A program made the translations under genes and the position numbers. A stretch of 63,926 nt of DNA, the filler included, from an uncultured bacterium (GTDB lineage: Bacteria > CAZSTA01), in assembly GCA_964609495.1 (NCBI GenBank). It is 8 parts of 8 records of this genome, joined end to end, with 100 filler letters (N's around TTAATTAATTAA, not from the genome) between each part and the next. Parts side by side here need not be neighbours in the genome. Positions count along the whole stretch, not along the records: positions 1 to 8,966 come from CAZSTA010000156.1; positions 9,067 to 18,008 come from CAZSTA010000157.1; 6 more parts are not named here. One strand, 5' to 3'. The notes under the pieces were generated by a model. That model had not been told where the DNA came from. It saw only the letters and a list, made by a program, of their open reading frames with translations, and did no database searches. The first letter of the stretch is position 1. Every line of letters begins with the position of its first letter. Positions 1 through 9,226 of the stretch are shown here, piece after piece.

Positions 1-38
1 CTTACGGCTGAATTTCCTTCTCTAAGTTTAATGCTCAT
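1..38 (-). CDS. 5' end of an unidentified gene running off the window (MSIKLREGNSAV...)
   Basis: ATG at 38-36 with AAGGAG RBS at 45-50; a sigma70-like promoter lies at 222-250 on the same strand. Confidence 0.55.
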   Translation of the reverse strand, partial: MSIKLREGNSAV

Positions 39-110
39 TGTTATCTCCTTACTATAATAGACTATTTTCGGCGCGTATCGAGGAAATGAGAGAAACAATA
101 AGAATTTCCC

Positions 111-215
111 TCAAATCGAGATCGGATACTTTCCGTATTTCTTCACCGCCTCGATCATCGCCTTATAATTCTCTAAAGATGCATAGTTTAGTAACTATTG
201 CTCGAGATAGCCTCT
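111..215 (-). pseudogene. Degenerate C-terminal remnant of a uroporphyrinogen decarboxylase (URO-D/MtaA-like) family gene
   Basis: Minus strand reads ...NYASLENYKAMIEAVKKYGKYPISI*, preceded by a frameshifted GY-SSNS, which resembles the family C-terminus; no start codon and an in-frame TAG upstream. Confidence 0.5.
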
Positions 216-221
216 CCCTAT

Positions 222-250
222 AGTATAACAGTATTATGGGTAAGTGTCAA
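222..250 (-). promoter_or_regulatory. sigma70-type promoter
   Basis: TTGACA-17 bp-TATACT on the minus strand. Confidence 0.6.
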
Positions 251-317
251 GCCTCTGGAAGTGGTTTTAGAGGAAATTTGACATTAAGCTTGGCATAACA
301 GTTATATCTTCAACAAT

Positions 318-346
318 AAAAAAAGACGGCAATCAGCATTCCGTCT
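318..346 (-). terminator. Rho-independent terminator of the first sugar ABC operon
   Basis: AGACGG...CCGTCT stem followed by a T7 run on the minus strand, downstream of 393..1268. Confidence 0.6.
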
Positions 347-392
347 AGTAGCCATTATACTATTTTTCAAGTAATAACATTCGATCAGTTTA

Positions 393-1268
393 TCACCCCT
401 TTAATCCAGTTAAAGTTATCCCCTGAATGAAATTTCTCTGAGCGAAGAGGAAAACTATTATAACCGGCAGAATAGCCATAACTGTCCCCGCCATTATAAG
501 GTTGTAGCTTATCGTTCCAAATTGCTGGGTGAATAAGACTAATCCTAAAGGCAGGGTTCTCTTATCTATATCCTCGATGACGATAACCGGCCAGAGGAAG
601 GAATCCCAATTCGCCATAAAGATGAAAATCCCCAGAGCCGAGAGAGCTGGCTTGGAGAGAGGTATTATGATATTCCAATATATCCTGAATTCTGAGCATC
701 CGTCTATTCGAGCCGCATCTATTAGCGATGAGGGAATGCTTTTCATAAACTGGCGCATAAGAAAGATCCCGAAGGCGCTCACTAAACCAGGTATTATTAG
801 AGCCCACAGGGTATTAGCTAGCCCTAGATCTTTAACTATGATGAAGATGGGTATGAGAACGACCTGAAAGGGGATCATCATAGTAGCTAAGATCAGTAAG
901 AAGAGCGTATCTCTGCCAGGAAACTCGAATTTGGCGAAGATATATCCAGCTAAAGAGCTACTGAATAGGGCTCCCGTAGTGACGAATGCTGCTACATAGA
1001 TGCTATTGAGAAAGAATTTGAAAAAAGGGACATCGTTTAATACTCTTATATAATTTGCGAGTCCCACCGGATCTTCAGGGATAAAAGTCGGAGGGAAGGC
1101 TATAGCCTCAAAAGAGGGTTTAAATGAGGTGGATATCATCCAGACGAAGGGAGTCAGCAGTATAAGTGCTATGATCACCGCTGATATATGTTTTAGGATC
1201 TCCTTAGTCGCTCTTAGCGCTGAGAACTTAACCATAATATTCCTCTCTTCTCTAGTCTGCGAGATCAA
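393..1268 (-). CDS. Carbohydrate ABC transporter permease (MalG/UgpE-like)
   Basis: Multiple TM helices and the EAA-loop motif IDAARIDGCSEF. Confidence 0.93.
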   Translation of the reverse strand: MISQTREERNIMVKFSALRATKEILKHISAVIIALILLTPFVWMISTSFKPSFEAIAFPPTFIPEDPVGLANYIRVLNDVPFFKFFLNSIYVAAFVTTGALFSSSLAGYIFAKFEFPGRDTLFLLILATMMIPFQVVLIPIFIIVKDLGLANTLWALIIPGLVSAFGIFLMRQFMKSIPSSLIDAARIDGCSEFRIYWNIIIPLSKPALSALGIFIFMANWDSFLWPVIVIEDIDKRTLPLGLVLFTQQFGTISYNLIMAGTVMAILPVIIVFLFAQRNFIQGITLTGLKG

Positions 1269-2176
1269 TACTCGAATTCTTCTCGGAAGTATCTAACCTG
1301 AAGAAAGGTAACAATGAATATAATAGCAAACAGAATGAATGCTAAGGCAGAAGCTTCTCCCATCTCAAAATATCTGAACCCAACATCGTAGATATGCATA
1401 ACTAAGACTCGAGTCGCTGTTCCTGGGCCTCCTCTGGTCATCACGAATACCTGAGTAAAGACCTGAAACGCTCCGATCATTCCAGTAACCATAACGAAGA
1501 GGGTAGTGGGCTTTAGAAGGGGCAGAGTTATACTTCTGAATAGTTTCCAACCTGAAGCTCCATCTACTTGAGCGGCTTCATAAAACTCCTTAGGAATGGT
1601 GGTTAATCCCGCTAAAAAGATGACCATAGTATATCCCACAGATTTCCATACGCTCATAAGGATGATGGAGGGGAGAGCTTGAGTGGTGGATGATAACCAA
1701 TCAAAGGGTCCCAATCCCAGAAATCCCAAGAAATAGTTTAGGATCCCGAACATAGGTTGATATATCCATACAAACATCAGGGACACCGCTACCATAGAGG
1801 TGATCACTGGGATGAAGCAGATGGTTCTCATTATCGCCTTAATTGGACCAAAGAAGCTGTTCACTAACAGAGCTAGCCCTAATCCTATTATTGTGCAGAG
1901 AGCAACATAGGCTACTGCATAATAGACTGTATTTTTCAAACTGATCCAAAATACAGGATCATTGAAAGCCAAGAGATAATTACCGAATCCGAAGAAAGGT
2001 TTTTCCCTTCCTAGCAGGGGCCATTTATGAAGGCTTATATAGAGGGCTGAAAAGACGGGATAGACTGAGAAGATGAAGAAGTAAATTATTATGGGAATTA
2101 ATCCTATAGCTATGAATATAAGGCGGCTACGTTTGATAGTCCCGTATCTCGCCCTCTTGCCTCTACTCTGAATCAT
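1265..2176 (-). CDS. Carbohydrate ABC transporter permease (MalF/UgpA-like)
   Basis: YEAAQVDGA motif, MTRGGPG, TM helices; overlaps the next gene by 4 nt. Confidence 0.93.
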   Translation of the reverse strand: MIQSRGKRARYGTIKRSRLIFIAIGLIPIIIYFFIFSVYPVFSALYISLHKWPLLGREKPFFGFGNYLLAFNDPVFWISLKNTVYYAVAYVALCTIIGLGLALLVNSFFGPIKAIMRTICFIPVITSMVAVSLMFVWIYQPMFGILNYFLGFLGLGPFDWLSSTTQALPSIILMSVWKSVGYTMVIFLAGLTTIPKEFYEAAQVDGASGWKLFRSITLPLLKPTTLFVMVTGMIGAFQVFTQVFVMTRGGPGTATRVLVMHIYDVGFRYFEMGEASALAFILFAIIFIVTFLQVRYFREEFEY

Positions 2177-2205
2177 CGTAACCTCCTCTTTATTTGAGAA
2201 CGGAT

Positions 2206-2241
2206 GAAAGGTCTAGGATTTTCATAGATCCTAGACCTTTC
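2206..2241 (-). terminator. Intercistronic hairpin after the solute-binding protein gene (mRNA stabiliser or partial terminator)
   Basis: 14-bp perfect stem GAAAGGTCTAGGAT/ATCCTAGACCTTTC. Confidence 0.55.
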
Positions 2242-2250
2242 TGGATTCAA

Positions 2251-3483
2251 CTACATAGAAGCTAGTTCTTTATTAATCTTTTCCTCAGCCGTCTTCAACC
2301 CTTCTTCTATCGTCAGCTCCTCGGCTAATATCCTCTCCAGCTCTCTACCGATGAGGACATCTACCTTCTCCCAGATAGGGACTCTTGAATAATAGATTTG
2401 AGCATGCTCTAAGGCGCTTCGGAAAGCATTTATCCAAGGATCATCTCTGAATTCTGGGTCCTCGAAGTTAGCCTTTCTGAAGGTGACGAAGCCTATAGTC
2501 TTAGCCATATCCAGGTAGTTATCATCATTGGACATAAAGTGGTTGAACTTCCAAGCCGCATCATATTTCGCTCCCTTAGCCTCGCTACTCACAACCCAGA
2601 ACCAGACATACATACTATCTACTTGCCTCTCTCCCTTAAGGGGAGGCAAAGCCTTATACCTCAAGTTAGGGTTGTTCTCCTGATAGAAGCTTCTCGTCCA
2701 GGGACCATTCCACTCCATAGCTGATTTCTCCAGAATAAATGCATCAGATAGGAATTTAGGATGAGCTAATTTGGTGTAGAGCTCAGTGGCTTTAATACCG
2801 GCCGGGCTATTGAAGGCAACGGCGGTGTTATCTGGATTCAGGAACTCCCCGTTCATACCGAAGAGAAGAGCAGTCCAGTGGATAACATTCCAGCTTCCGC
2901 TAATAGTAGTAGCTAGGGTAGTTCCTGCCTGGATCATACGACCCTTCTCATCATATTTATCCAACACCTTGTTGACTTCCAATAACTCGTCATAAGTGGT
3001 AGGAGGCTTAACTCCTGCCTCTTCGTAAAGTCTCTCATTGATGACCGGGGTAGGGATTCCAATATGCTGGACATAGGCATATATCTCATCACCGTATTCA
3101 GCACTGGATCCAGCTATCTCTACCGTATTCTCCTTGATATCTTGGACTACGTAGTCGGGTGCTGGCGCTATCCAATCGTTTTCGACCAATTGAACCATCC
3201 AGGGACCATAAACACCTATTACATCAGGAGCGGTGCCGGCCGAAAGACCAGTCAATATCTTGGTGTTCAAATCTGCATGAGGAACGGTGCTATAAATTAT
3301 CTTTACATTCGGATTTTCCTTCTCGAATGCTTTGGCTTGTTCAGTAAGCTTATCGTTCCAGGGCTTGTAGATGTGGCTTAGAAAGGTTAAGGTGACCTTC
3401 TCCTCAGCTCTAGCAAGCGGGATTGAAGTCATCAAAGATAAGACTATTGTTAGACAAACTGCTAAAGTTAATATCTTCTTCAT
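2251..3483 (-). CDS. Sugar ABC transporter solute-binding protein
   Basis: Signal peptide, FEKENPNVKI and GTAPDV motifs; upstream of two permeases. Confidence 0.9.
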   Translation of the reverse strand: MKKILTLAVCLTIVLSLMTSIPLARAEEKVTLTFLSHIYKPWNDKLTEQAKAFEKENPNVKIIYSTVPHADLNTKILTGLSAGTAPDVIGVYGPWMVQLVENDWIAPAPDYVVQDIKENTVEIAGSSAEYGDEIYAYVQHIGIPTPVINERLYEEAGVKPPTTYDELLEVNKVLDKYDEKGRMIQAGTTLATTISGSWNVIHWTALLFGMNGEFLNPDNTAVAFNSPAGIKATELYTKLAHPKFLSDAFILEKSAMEWNGPWTRSFYQENNPNLRYKALPPLKGERQVDSMYVWFWVVSSEAKGAKYDAAWKFNHFMSNDDNYLDMAKTIGFVTFRKANFEDPEFRDDPWINAFRSALEHAQIYYSRVPIWEKVDVLIGRELERILAEELTIEEGLKTAEEKINKELASM

Positions 3484-3657
3484 AGGTTTTCCTCCTTTTT
3501 AGATTTAACTACCTAATAAAAAAATCCTCCTCCCTAGAGGATAAAGTAAGAGATTATACATCTCACCTCCTTTACCTGATGGCTCAAAAATTTTTAAGTC
3601 CTTGCTTAGCGATCTATTCTCAATCTCTTGCTCTGGTACTCCACAGCCAGCCGAGAA

Positions 3658-3715
3658 GTGACGAACCAATCCCTTACCCTGAAGGCTAAGGGAACTTCAA
3701 GCCATTTTTCTATAA
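3658..3715 (-). repeat. IS200/IS605-type right-end-like hairpin remnant; partial second copy at 41077-41110
   Basis: Minus strand GAAGTTCCCTTAGCCTTCAGGGTAAGGGATTGGTTCGTCAC, a hairpin followed by TCAC; about 35 bp shared with 41077-41110. Confidence 0.4.
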
Positions 3716-3740
3716 AAACTGAGTTCGAATAGCAATATAA

Positions 3741-4628
3741 CTATCCCTTCAGTCCAGTCAAAGCTATGCCCTGGATAAAGGTCCTCTGAGTGAAAAAGAA
3801 GATGATAATAATAGGGATAGTTATAATTGTGGAAGCGGCCATCAACAGTGACCATTCTGTAGTATGGCCCGTCTGAAATTGCTGCAGTCCCAACGATATG
3901 GTATATTTAGACTCGTCGGTCAGATAGAGCAGTGGACCTATAAAATCCATCCAGGCATCTAAGAAACGGAACAGAGCTATAGTGAAGAGAGCGGGCTTAA
4001 CCAGGGGCAACATTATCCTCCAGTAAATGCCGAACTCCGAACAGCCATCTATCTTGGCGGCATCGGATAGCTCGTAGGGGATAGTCATAAAGAATTGACG
4101 CAGTAGGAATATGAAGAAAGCATTTCCGAAGAAGAAAGGAACAGTTAGAGGCTTAAATGTCCCTACCCAACCCATCTTCCTAAATACGATGAATAGGGGG
4201 ATCATAGTTACCTGGAAGGGAAGCATCATTGTGCTTAAAATTATGATAAATAATATATCTCGCCCTGGCCATCTTATTCGGGAGAAACTATAGGCTCCTA
4301 GAGAGCAGGAGATAAGCACCCCAACAGTGCTCGTCGCCGCGATAATGATGGTGTTCTTCAAATACGTGAAGAAGGGAATGAACTCCACCGCCTCTTTATA
4401 ATTAACCCACTTTATAGGATTTGGTATCCACTTAGGTGGGAAAAGGAATATCTGCTGATCTATCTTGAGGGAAGTGGAAACCATCCATATAAAAGGTAGA
4501 AGAAAGATAAGGCTACTTAGAATCAGGACTATATGAGCAACCACCTGCCCCGCGGTCTTTTTTGTTCTTGTCCTTCTCTTCATTGCTCTTATATCTTCGC
4601 GAGTTAAAGCGCCAGCTTTTATTGCCAT
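3741..4628 (-). CDS. Carbohydrate ABC transporter permease (MalG-like)
   Basis: LSDAAKIDGCSEF motif; ends FIQGIALTGLKG like its paralog at 393. Confidence 0.93.
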   Translation of the reverse strand: MAIKAGALTREDIRAMKRRTRTKKTAGQVVAHIVLILSSLIFLLPFIWMVSTSLKIDQQIFLFPPKWIPNPIKWVNYKEAVEFIPFFTYLKNTIIIAATSTVGVLISCSLGAYSFSRIRWPGRDILFIIILSTMMLPFQVTMIPLFIVFRKMGWVGTFKPLTVPFFFGNAFFIFLLRQFFMTIPYELSDAAKIDGCSEFGIYWRIMLPLVKPALFTIALFRFLDAWMDFIGPLLYLTDESKYTISLGLQQFQTGHTTEWSLLMAASTIITIPIIIIFFFTQRTFIQGIALTGLKG

Positions 4629-4729
4629 ATCTCAAATCCTCCGAAATCCCTAGATTGAAATTGGGGGAAGAATCTTCCCCTCAACCCTTTCTATATTAAT
4701 TATGACATTCGTGGTAAAAAATCTCAAAA

Positions 4730-5632
4730 TTACTTTAGAGCGCCCCCGTAATATACCCATCGAGCGGAACTCTTGAAGATGACCAAGGTGGAAGCTAAAA
4801 TTAGGAGAAATAGGATCCAAGCCATAGAAGAAGCATATCCCATCCTGAAGTAGGCGAAAGCGTTTCTCCATAGATATAGATTATAGAATAAGGTGGAATT
4901 GGCTGGGCCTCCTTCGGTCATAATGTAGGCTTGGGTAAATATCTGGAAACTGCCGATCAGTCCCATAATCAGGTTGAAGAAGATTACCGGAGTTATCATA
5001 GGAAGGGTGATGTGAATTGTCCTATTCCACCAATTAGCTCCGTCTAGCTCGGCCGCTTCATACATCTGTTCGGGGATATCCTGTAATCCAGCTAAGTAGA
5101 TGATCATTCCTCGACCGAATCCCCAAAGTCCCATAATAACTAGAGATGGTTTCGACCACTTCACATCAGCGATCCAGCCCGGCCCTTTAATACCAAATTT
5201 ATATAATATGGAATTTATCAAGCCAAACTGAGGATTTAATACCCACATCCATAATATCGAAGTAGCGACTATCGGGACTAAAGTCGGTAGGAAATACATA
5301 GTTCTATAGATAGCCATTCCCTTGATCTTCATATTTAAGAGAAGGGCTATCGCCACTCCCATAACTATGCCTAAGGGGACGATAAATACTACGTAGTAAA
5401 CGGTGTTATATAGAGAAACTCGGAATAGGTTATCCTCGGTAAATAACACCCGGTAGTTATCGATACCAGCCCACTCCGGTGGCTGAAGGACGTTATAGTT
5501 GGTAAAGCTGTAATACATCGAAGCGCATACTGGATAAAGGGTGAACATAAGAAGCCCTAGAATCATAGGGAGAGCGAACAACATCCCATTCCTGAGATCA
5601 GCTCGGGCTAATTTACTCATCTTCATCATCAT
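4730..5632 (-). CDS. Carbohydrate ABC transporter permease (MalF-like)
   Basis: YEAAELDGA and MTEGGP motifs, TM helices. Confidence 0.93.
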   Translation of the reverse strand: MMMKMSKLARADLRNGMLFALPMILGLLMFTLYPVCASMYYSFTNYNVLQPPEWAGIDNYRVLFTEDNLFRVSLYNTVYYVVFIVPLGIVMGVAIALLLNMKIKGMAIYRTMYFLPTLVPIVATSILWMWVLNPQFGLINSILYKFGIKGPGWIADVKWSKPSLVIMGLWGFGRGMIIYLAGLQDIPEQMYEAAELDGANWWNRTIHITLPMITPVIFFNLIMGLIGSFQIFTQAYIMTEGGPANSTLFYNLYLWRNAFAYFRMGYASSMAWILFLLILASTLVIFKSSARWVYYGGALK

Positions 5633-5661
5633 CTCTCACCTTTTTCCACTAGATTTAAGAA

Positions 5662-5691
5662 ACGAGCCTTTGCAAGGTAGCAAAGGCTCGT
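5662..5691 (-). terminator. Intercistronic hairpin after the solute-binding protein gene
   Basis: 12-bp perfect stem ACGAGCCTTTGC/GCAAAGGCTCGT. Confidence 0.55.
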
Positions 5692-5706
5692 CTATTTACT
5701 GATATT

Positions 5707-7008
5707 CTACTTGAACCACTTGTCCAGAGCCTTCTGGACATTGGCGGTTACATCGTCGAGAGCTTGCTGAGCGGTCTTCTGACCATATCTTGCATAGTCC
5801 TGAGCTTCTCTCAACTCATTCCACATCATGTCGCCCTCGGGGATAACAGGACGCCAGTGAGCGGTGGGTAGCAAACTCATAGCTAGAGCATGCTTAGGAT
5901 CTTCGTAGAAGTAAGGATCCTCAGCCGCTTTTTTGTTGGTGGGAATATGATAGGTATCTTTACAATATTCCCTCTGAGCATACTCTCCACAGAACCAACT
6001 GATGAACTCCCAGGCAGCTTCGAGCTTTTCCCCCTTGATTCCAGCGGGAATAACATGGGACCAACCACCAGCCCAGGTGCTATCTTTCTCTCCTCCGGGA
6101 GGAGAGGGGTTCGCAACTACGCCATAATCGAGATCAGGAGCGTATCTCTTAAGGTTGGCGAGCGTCCAGTCTCCGGTCTCCTGCATAGCGATCTGTCCGA
6201 TGATGAAGGGGTTCATAGCCTCGCCGCCGAAGGCTTTGCTGAAGCTCTCGATCGCGGTGACATCATACTTCTCGGCATAAGAAGCCATCCAATCCAGGGC
6301 GGCTACGATCTTAGGATCATTAGCGGTGATCTTGTGATTCTCCTCATCGTAGAAGTCGCCGCCGAAGACCCAGCCCCAGGTATAAAGCCAGCCTTGACCA
6401 TACCAGGGAATGAAACCGATCCTCTCTAATTTGCCCGCCTCATCGGCCTTAGTCAGCTTCTCGGCATACTCGTCAACCTCAGCGATGGTGGTAGGAGGCT
6501 TATCAGGATCTAGCCCAACTTCTCTGAACAATTCTTTATTGTAGTAGAAGAAGCGGTCGTCAGTATCCCAAGGCAGAGCATAAAGATGCCCCTCATAGTT
6601 AGCCTCCTGCCAAGCGAAGTTGAAGTAATCATCCTCGGTTACCCCCGCCGCTGCGGCGAGGTCATCCAGCATCGTCAGGGAGTCTCTAGCTGCCCAGGAA
6701 CCAACGACGAAGCGGTCGAAGTAATTAGCCTCTGGCGGGACTCCACCAGCGATAGCCGCTAGCAACTTCTCGCTGGACTGCATCCCAGCGGTGGTAGGAA
6801 CGTAGGTGGGTCTAACATCGATCCCTTTCTCCAATCCTACAGTGTTATTGAACTCAGTAACTAACCTTATGACAGAATCGTGATATATCCCACCACCAAA
6901 GTGATGCCAGTAGTTGACAACTACAGGTTTCTTCTCCTGAGCAGTTGCGATAGAAGTTAATGCTGCGATGATGAATAAGCAAGTTACCAATATAGCTATT
7001 TTCTTCAT
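5707..7008 (-). CDS. Sugar ABC transporter solute-binding protein
   Basis: Signal peptide; YEGHLYALP, YYNKELFREVGLDPDKPPTT and EAAWEFISW motifs. Confidence 0.92.
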   Translation of the reverse strand: MKKIAILVTCLFIIAALTSIATAQEKKPVVVNYWHHFGGGIYHDSVIRLVTEFNNTVGLEKGIDVRPTYVPTTAGMQSSEKLLAAIAGGVPPEANYFDRFVVGSWAARDSLTMLDDLAAAAGVTEDDYFNFAWQEANYEGHLYALPWDTDDRFFYYNKELFREVGLDPDKPPTTIAEVDEYAEKLTKADEAGKLERIGFIPWYGQGWLYTWGWVFGGDFYDEENHKITANDPKIVAALDWMASYAEKYDVTAIESFSKAFGGEAMNPFIIGQIAMQETGDWTLANLKRYAPDLDYGVVANPSPPGGEKDSTWAGGWSHVIPAGIKGEKLEAAWEFISWFCGEYAQREYCKDTYHIPTNKKAAEDPYFYEDPKHALAMSLLPTAHWRPVIPEGDMMWNELREAQDYARYGQKTAQQALDDVTANVQKALDKWFK

Positions 7009-7197
7009 TAGCTATTTCCCTCCTTTAATAAATTTTTTGGATCAAAAATTTTATGGGTTGGATACTAAAAGTTTTTCTTCCCGAATAATCACCTCCTTAT
7101 CAATTATAACCTGCCACTAAAATGGAATCTAGACTAGGTGATATCCGTCTTAATGGCTAATCTGATATTCCCTAAGAGACATGATGTATCTATTAGA

Positions 7198-7226
7198 ATT
7201 ATATAACATTTATATGGGTTTGTCAA
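7198..7226 (-). promoter_or_regulatory. Consensus sigma70 promoter of the second ABC operon
   Basis: TTGACA-17 bp-TATAAT on the minus strand. Confidence 0.75.
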
Positions 7227-7265
7227 GAGATTTAAAGTGTTTTGCTTGGAAGAAGTGAGAGCATC

Positions 7266-7601
7266 TTAATCTTTAACCTTAGTTAAAGTGAATTTTATCC
7301 CTCCCGAGGCACCTACTTCGACTCCAGTTCCCATCAAACCCACCCTTCCATCTCCCGTGATCTGAGCGGTAACCTCTATCTCCGATATCTCGAAGGCTCC
7401 GAGCCTAGCCTCCCCCGACTCCATGAGACCTCTCAAGTAGCTTAGAAATTGATTCATATTATCCTTGAGCTTGTCTATACTTACTTCGTTGATAATCCTC
7501 TCACCTATCCCTCTGACCGGTCTGCCTCTGGTAGCTCGTTCCTGCTCTTCGGCGTATAAATCGGAAATAATGATTATGCTGTCTTTTCCCTTTGCTTCCA
7601 T
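7266..7601 (-). CDS. Small Pepco/Trypco-like (peptidase co-occurring) protein
   Basis: 111 aa; amphipathic helix VSIDKLKDNMNQFL then Gly-rich beta strands FEISEIEVTAQITGDGRVGLMGTGVEVGASGGIKFTL; 17 bp downstream of a CHAT gene with its own RBS. Confidence 0.65.
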   Translation of the reverse strand: MEAKGKDSIIIISDLYAEEQERATRGRPVRGIGERIINEVSIDKLKDNMNQFLSYLRGLMESGEARLGAFEISEIEVTAQITGDGRVGLMGTGVEVGASGGIKFTLTKVKD

Positions 7602-7618
7602 CCATCATCCCTCCCCTA

Positions 7619-8965
7619 TCATTCTACTTTAGCTAAGGGATCACCATATAGAGAATAGGCAAGCCAAGTGGGATCGGAAGTCCCTTTTATTTTGTTCCTG
7701 GCTTCTCTGAAAGCTTCTCCCACCGTCATCCCTTGCCACAATCGCTCATAGAACTCCTGCGAAAAATCACAAGCTAATTTATCGTCAACCGACCACAGAG
7801 TCCCTACAAATATAGCCGATCCCGCTTTAATAAAGCGCGAGGCCCAGCCTCCGATCCCTGTCAGGGAGAAATCCGCGATCGAGGTTTGACAGGCGTTGAT
7901 GAAGACTAACGGTCTATTCTTCTTGCCGAATCTCATTCTTCTCCCGGCTATATCCATCGGCGTCAGTTCCCCGTCCTCCATATATATAACGGAGAGATCG
8001 GGATTATTAGAGTTATACTCACCATGACCTGCAAAGTGTAGGAGATCGAATCCCCCTTCCTCCAATACATCATAGACGCTCATCATATTAGGTATAATAT
8101 CGGATACAACAGCTCCTCTATTTTTGAGAGCATTCAGATACTCCTTCTCCCTCTTAGCATTCTCTAAGCCAGCATCAGGGATTATCATATTTATATAGGA
8201 TAACCTGAGAGTGGAGGGAGGAGCTTTCCCCAAGATCCAGCGAGAGAAAGAGAAGCGCTCGCACATAAATTCATCCTCTTGATAATCGTTCTCGGTCTCT
8301 CGATAGGGCTTCAGTATCTCCCAGGGGATCCAGGGTTCCTCGGAAATAACCATTATACTCTTTATCTTATCTCTGATCTCCCAATAGATATCCTTAACCT
8401 CCTTGGGAAGAAGTTGCTCGTAGAGATTTAATCCGATACCCGCCAGCTTCTTCGCCACAAGGGGAGGAGAATACTCTCTCTTTCTCCCAAGTTCCTCTAA
8501 TTCCCTTCTCATCTCCTCGATCCACGCCAGCGGTGGTTTGAAGATCGTCTCCCCGCACTTGCGAAAGGGATAGAGAGCTAATTCCTCCAACGGAGAAAAG
8601 AGAGTAAATTCATATCTCATTTGTCCTTCCTCTACTTCCCTCTCCTCTATCATTATGGTGAGATCTGGTGGTCTATATATTCTCTCCACCTCTATGTCAT
8701 TATGAATCTTGCTCTCTTTAGTTTTCGCTTCCACCTCTTCTTTAACTACAATCGTCTTTAAACTGCTCTGACCCACATACCGTCCATTCTGGAAGAACTC
8801 AACCTTTATCTCCTTCTCACCTAATTGTCGAGGGAATAAGTTGAATATTATAGGCGAAGAATCTCCTTCTCTAGGGACTTTTAGAGGACGATAGTAATCT
8901 TCCTCTATCTCGAAGTCTTCCGCTGATACATAAGCATAGATGATAATATCCTTAGTAGCATCATC
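7619..8965 (-). CDS. CHAT (caspase-clan) protease with an upstream Ig-like (TCAD7-like) segment; 5' truncated by the contig end
   Basis: Catalytic dyad LLHFAGHG and VFINACQ, plus PWIPWE and GTLWSVDD; frame stays open upstream of 8776 to the contig end (DDATKDIII...LKVPREGDSSPIIFNLFPRQLGEKEIKVEFFQNGRYVG). Confidence 0.88.
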   Translation of the reverse strand, partial: DDATKDIIIYAYVSAEDFEIEEDYYRPLKVPREGDSSPIIFNLFPRQLGEKEIKVEFFQNGRYVGQSSLKTIVVKEEVEAKTKESKIHNDIEVERIYRPPDLTIMIEEREVEEGQMRYEFTLFSPLEELALYPFRKCGETIFKPPLAWIEEMRRELEELGRKREYSPPLVAKKLAGIGLNLYEQLLPKEVKDIYWEIRDKIKSIMVISEEPWIPWEILKPYRETENDYQEDEFMCERFSFSRWILGKAPPSTLRLSYINMIIPDAGLENAKREKEYLNALKNRGAVVSDIIPNMMSVYDVLEEGGFDLLHFAGHGEYNSNNPDLSVIYMEDGELTPMDIAGRRMRFGKKNRPLVFINACQTSIADFSLTGIGGWASRFIKAGSAIFVGTLWSVDDKLACDFSQEFYERLWQGMTVGEAFREARNKIKGTSDPTWLAYSLYGDPLAKVE

Positions 8966-9066
8966 ANNNNNNNNNNNNNNNNNNNNNNNNNNNNNNNNNN
9001 NNNNNNNNNNTTAATTAATTAANNNNNNNNNNNNNNNNNNNNNNNNNNNNNNNNNNNNNNNNNNNN

Positions 9067-9140
9067 AAGTGTCCATAAATATGGGGAGATATCTCACCCA
9101 GCTCTTGACCAGGATCTACGACTATCTTTGCTTTCTTCAA
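9067..9140 (-). CDS. 5' end of a probable GH51 alpha-L-arabinofuranosidase (truncated by the contig end)
   Basis: AGGAGG RBS then TTG: MKKAKIVVDPGQELGEISPHIYGH..., matching the GH51 N-terminal IYGHF pattern. Confidence 0.6.
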
Positions 9141-9226
9141 TATTACCCCTCCTATTTATTTTAAAATGGAAAGCAGGAATTGGAAGTCAGCTTTCCTTCA
9201 CACTCCGACTCCCAATTCCCAACTGA

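Noticed and set aside
529-6429. Many 60-180 aa antisense or alternate-frame ORFs, here and across the window
   Set aside because: Shadows of well-supported genes, with no RBS or motifs
8967-9066. N-flanked TTAATTAATTAA motif, repeated seven times in the window
   Set aside because: Artificial contig linker with stops in all six frames; not biological
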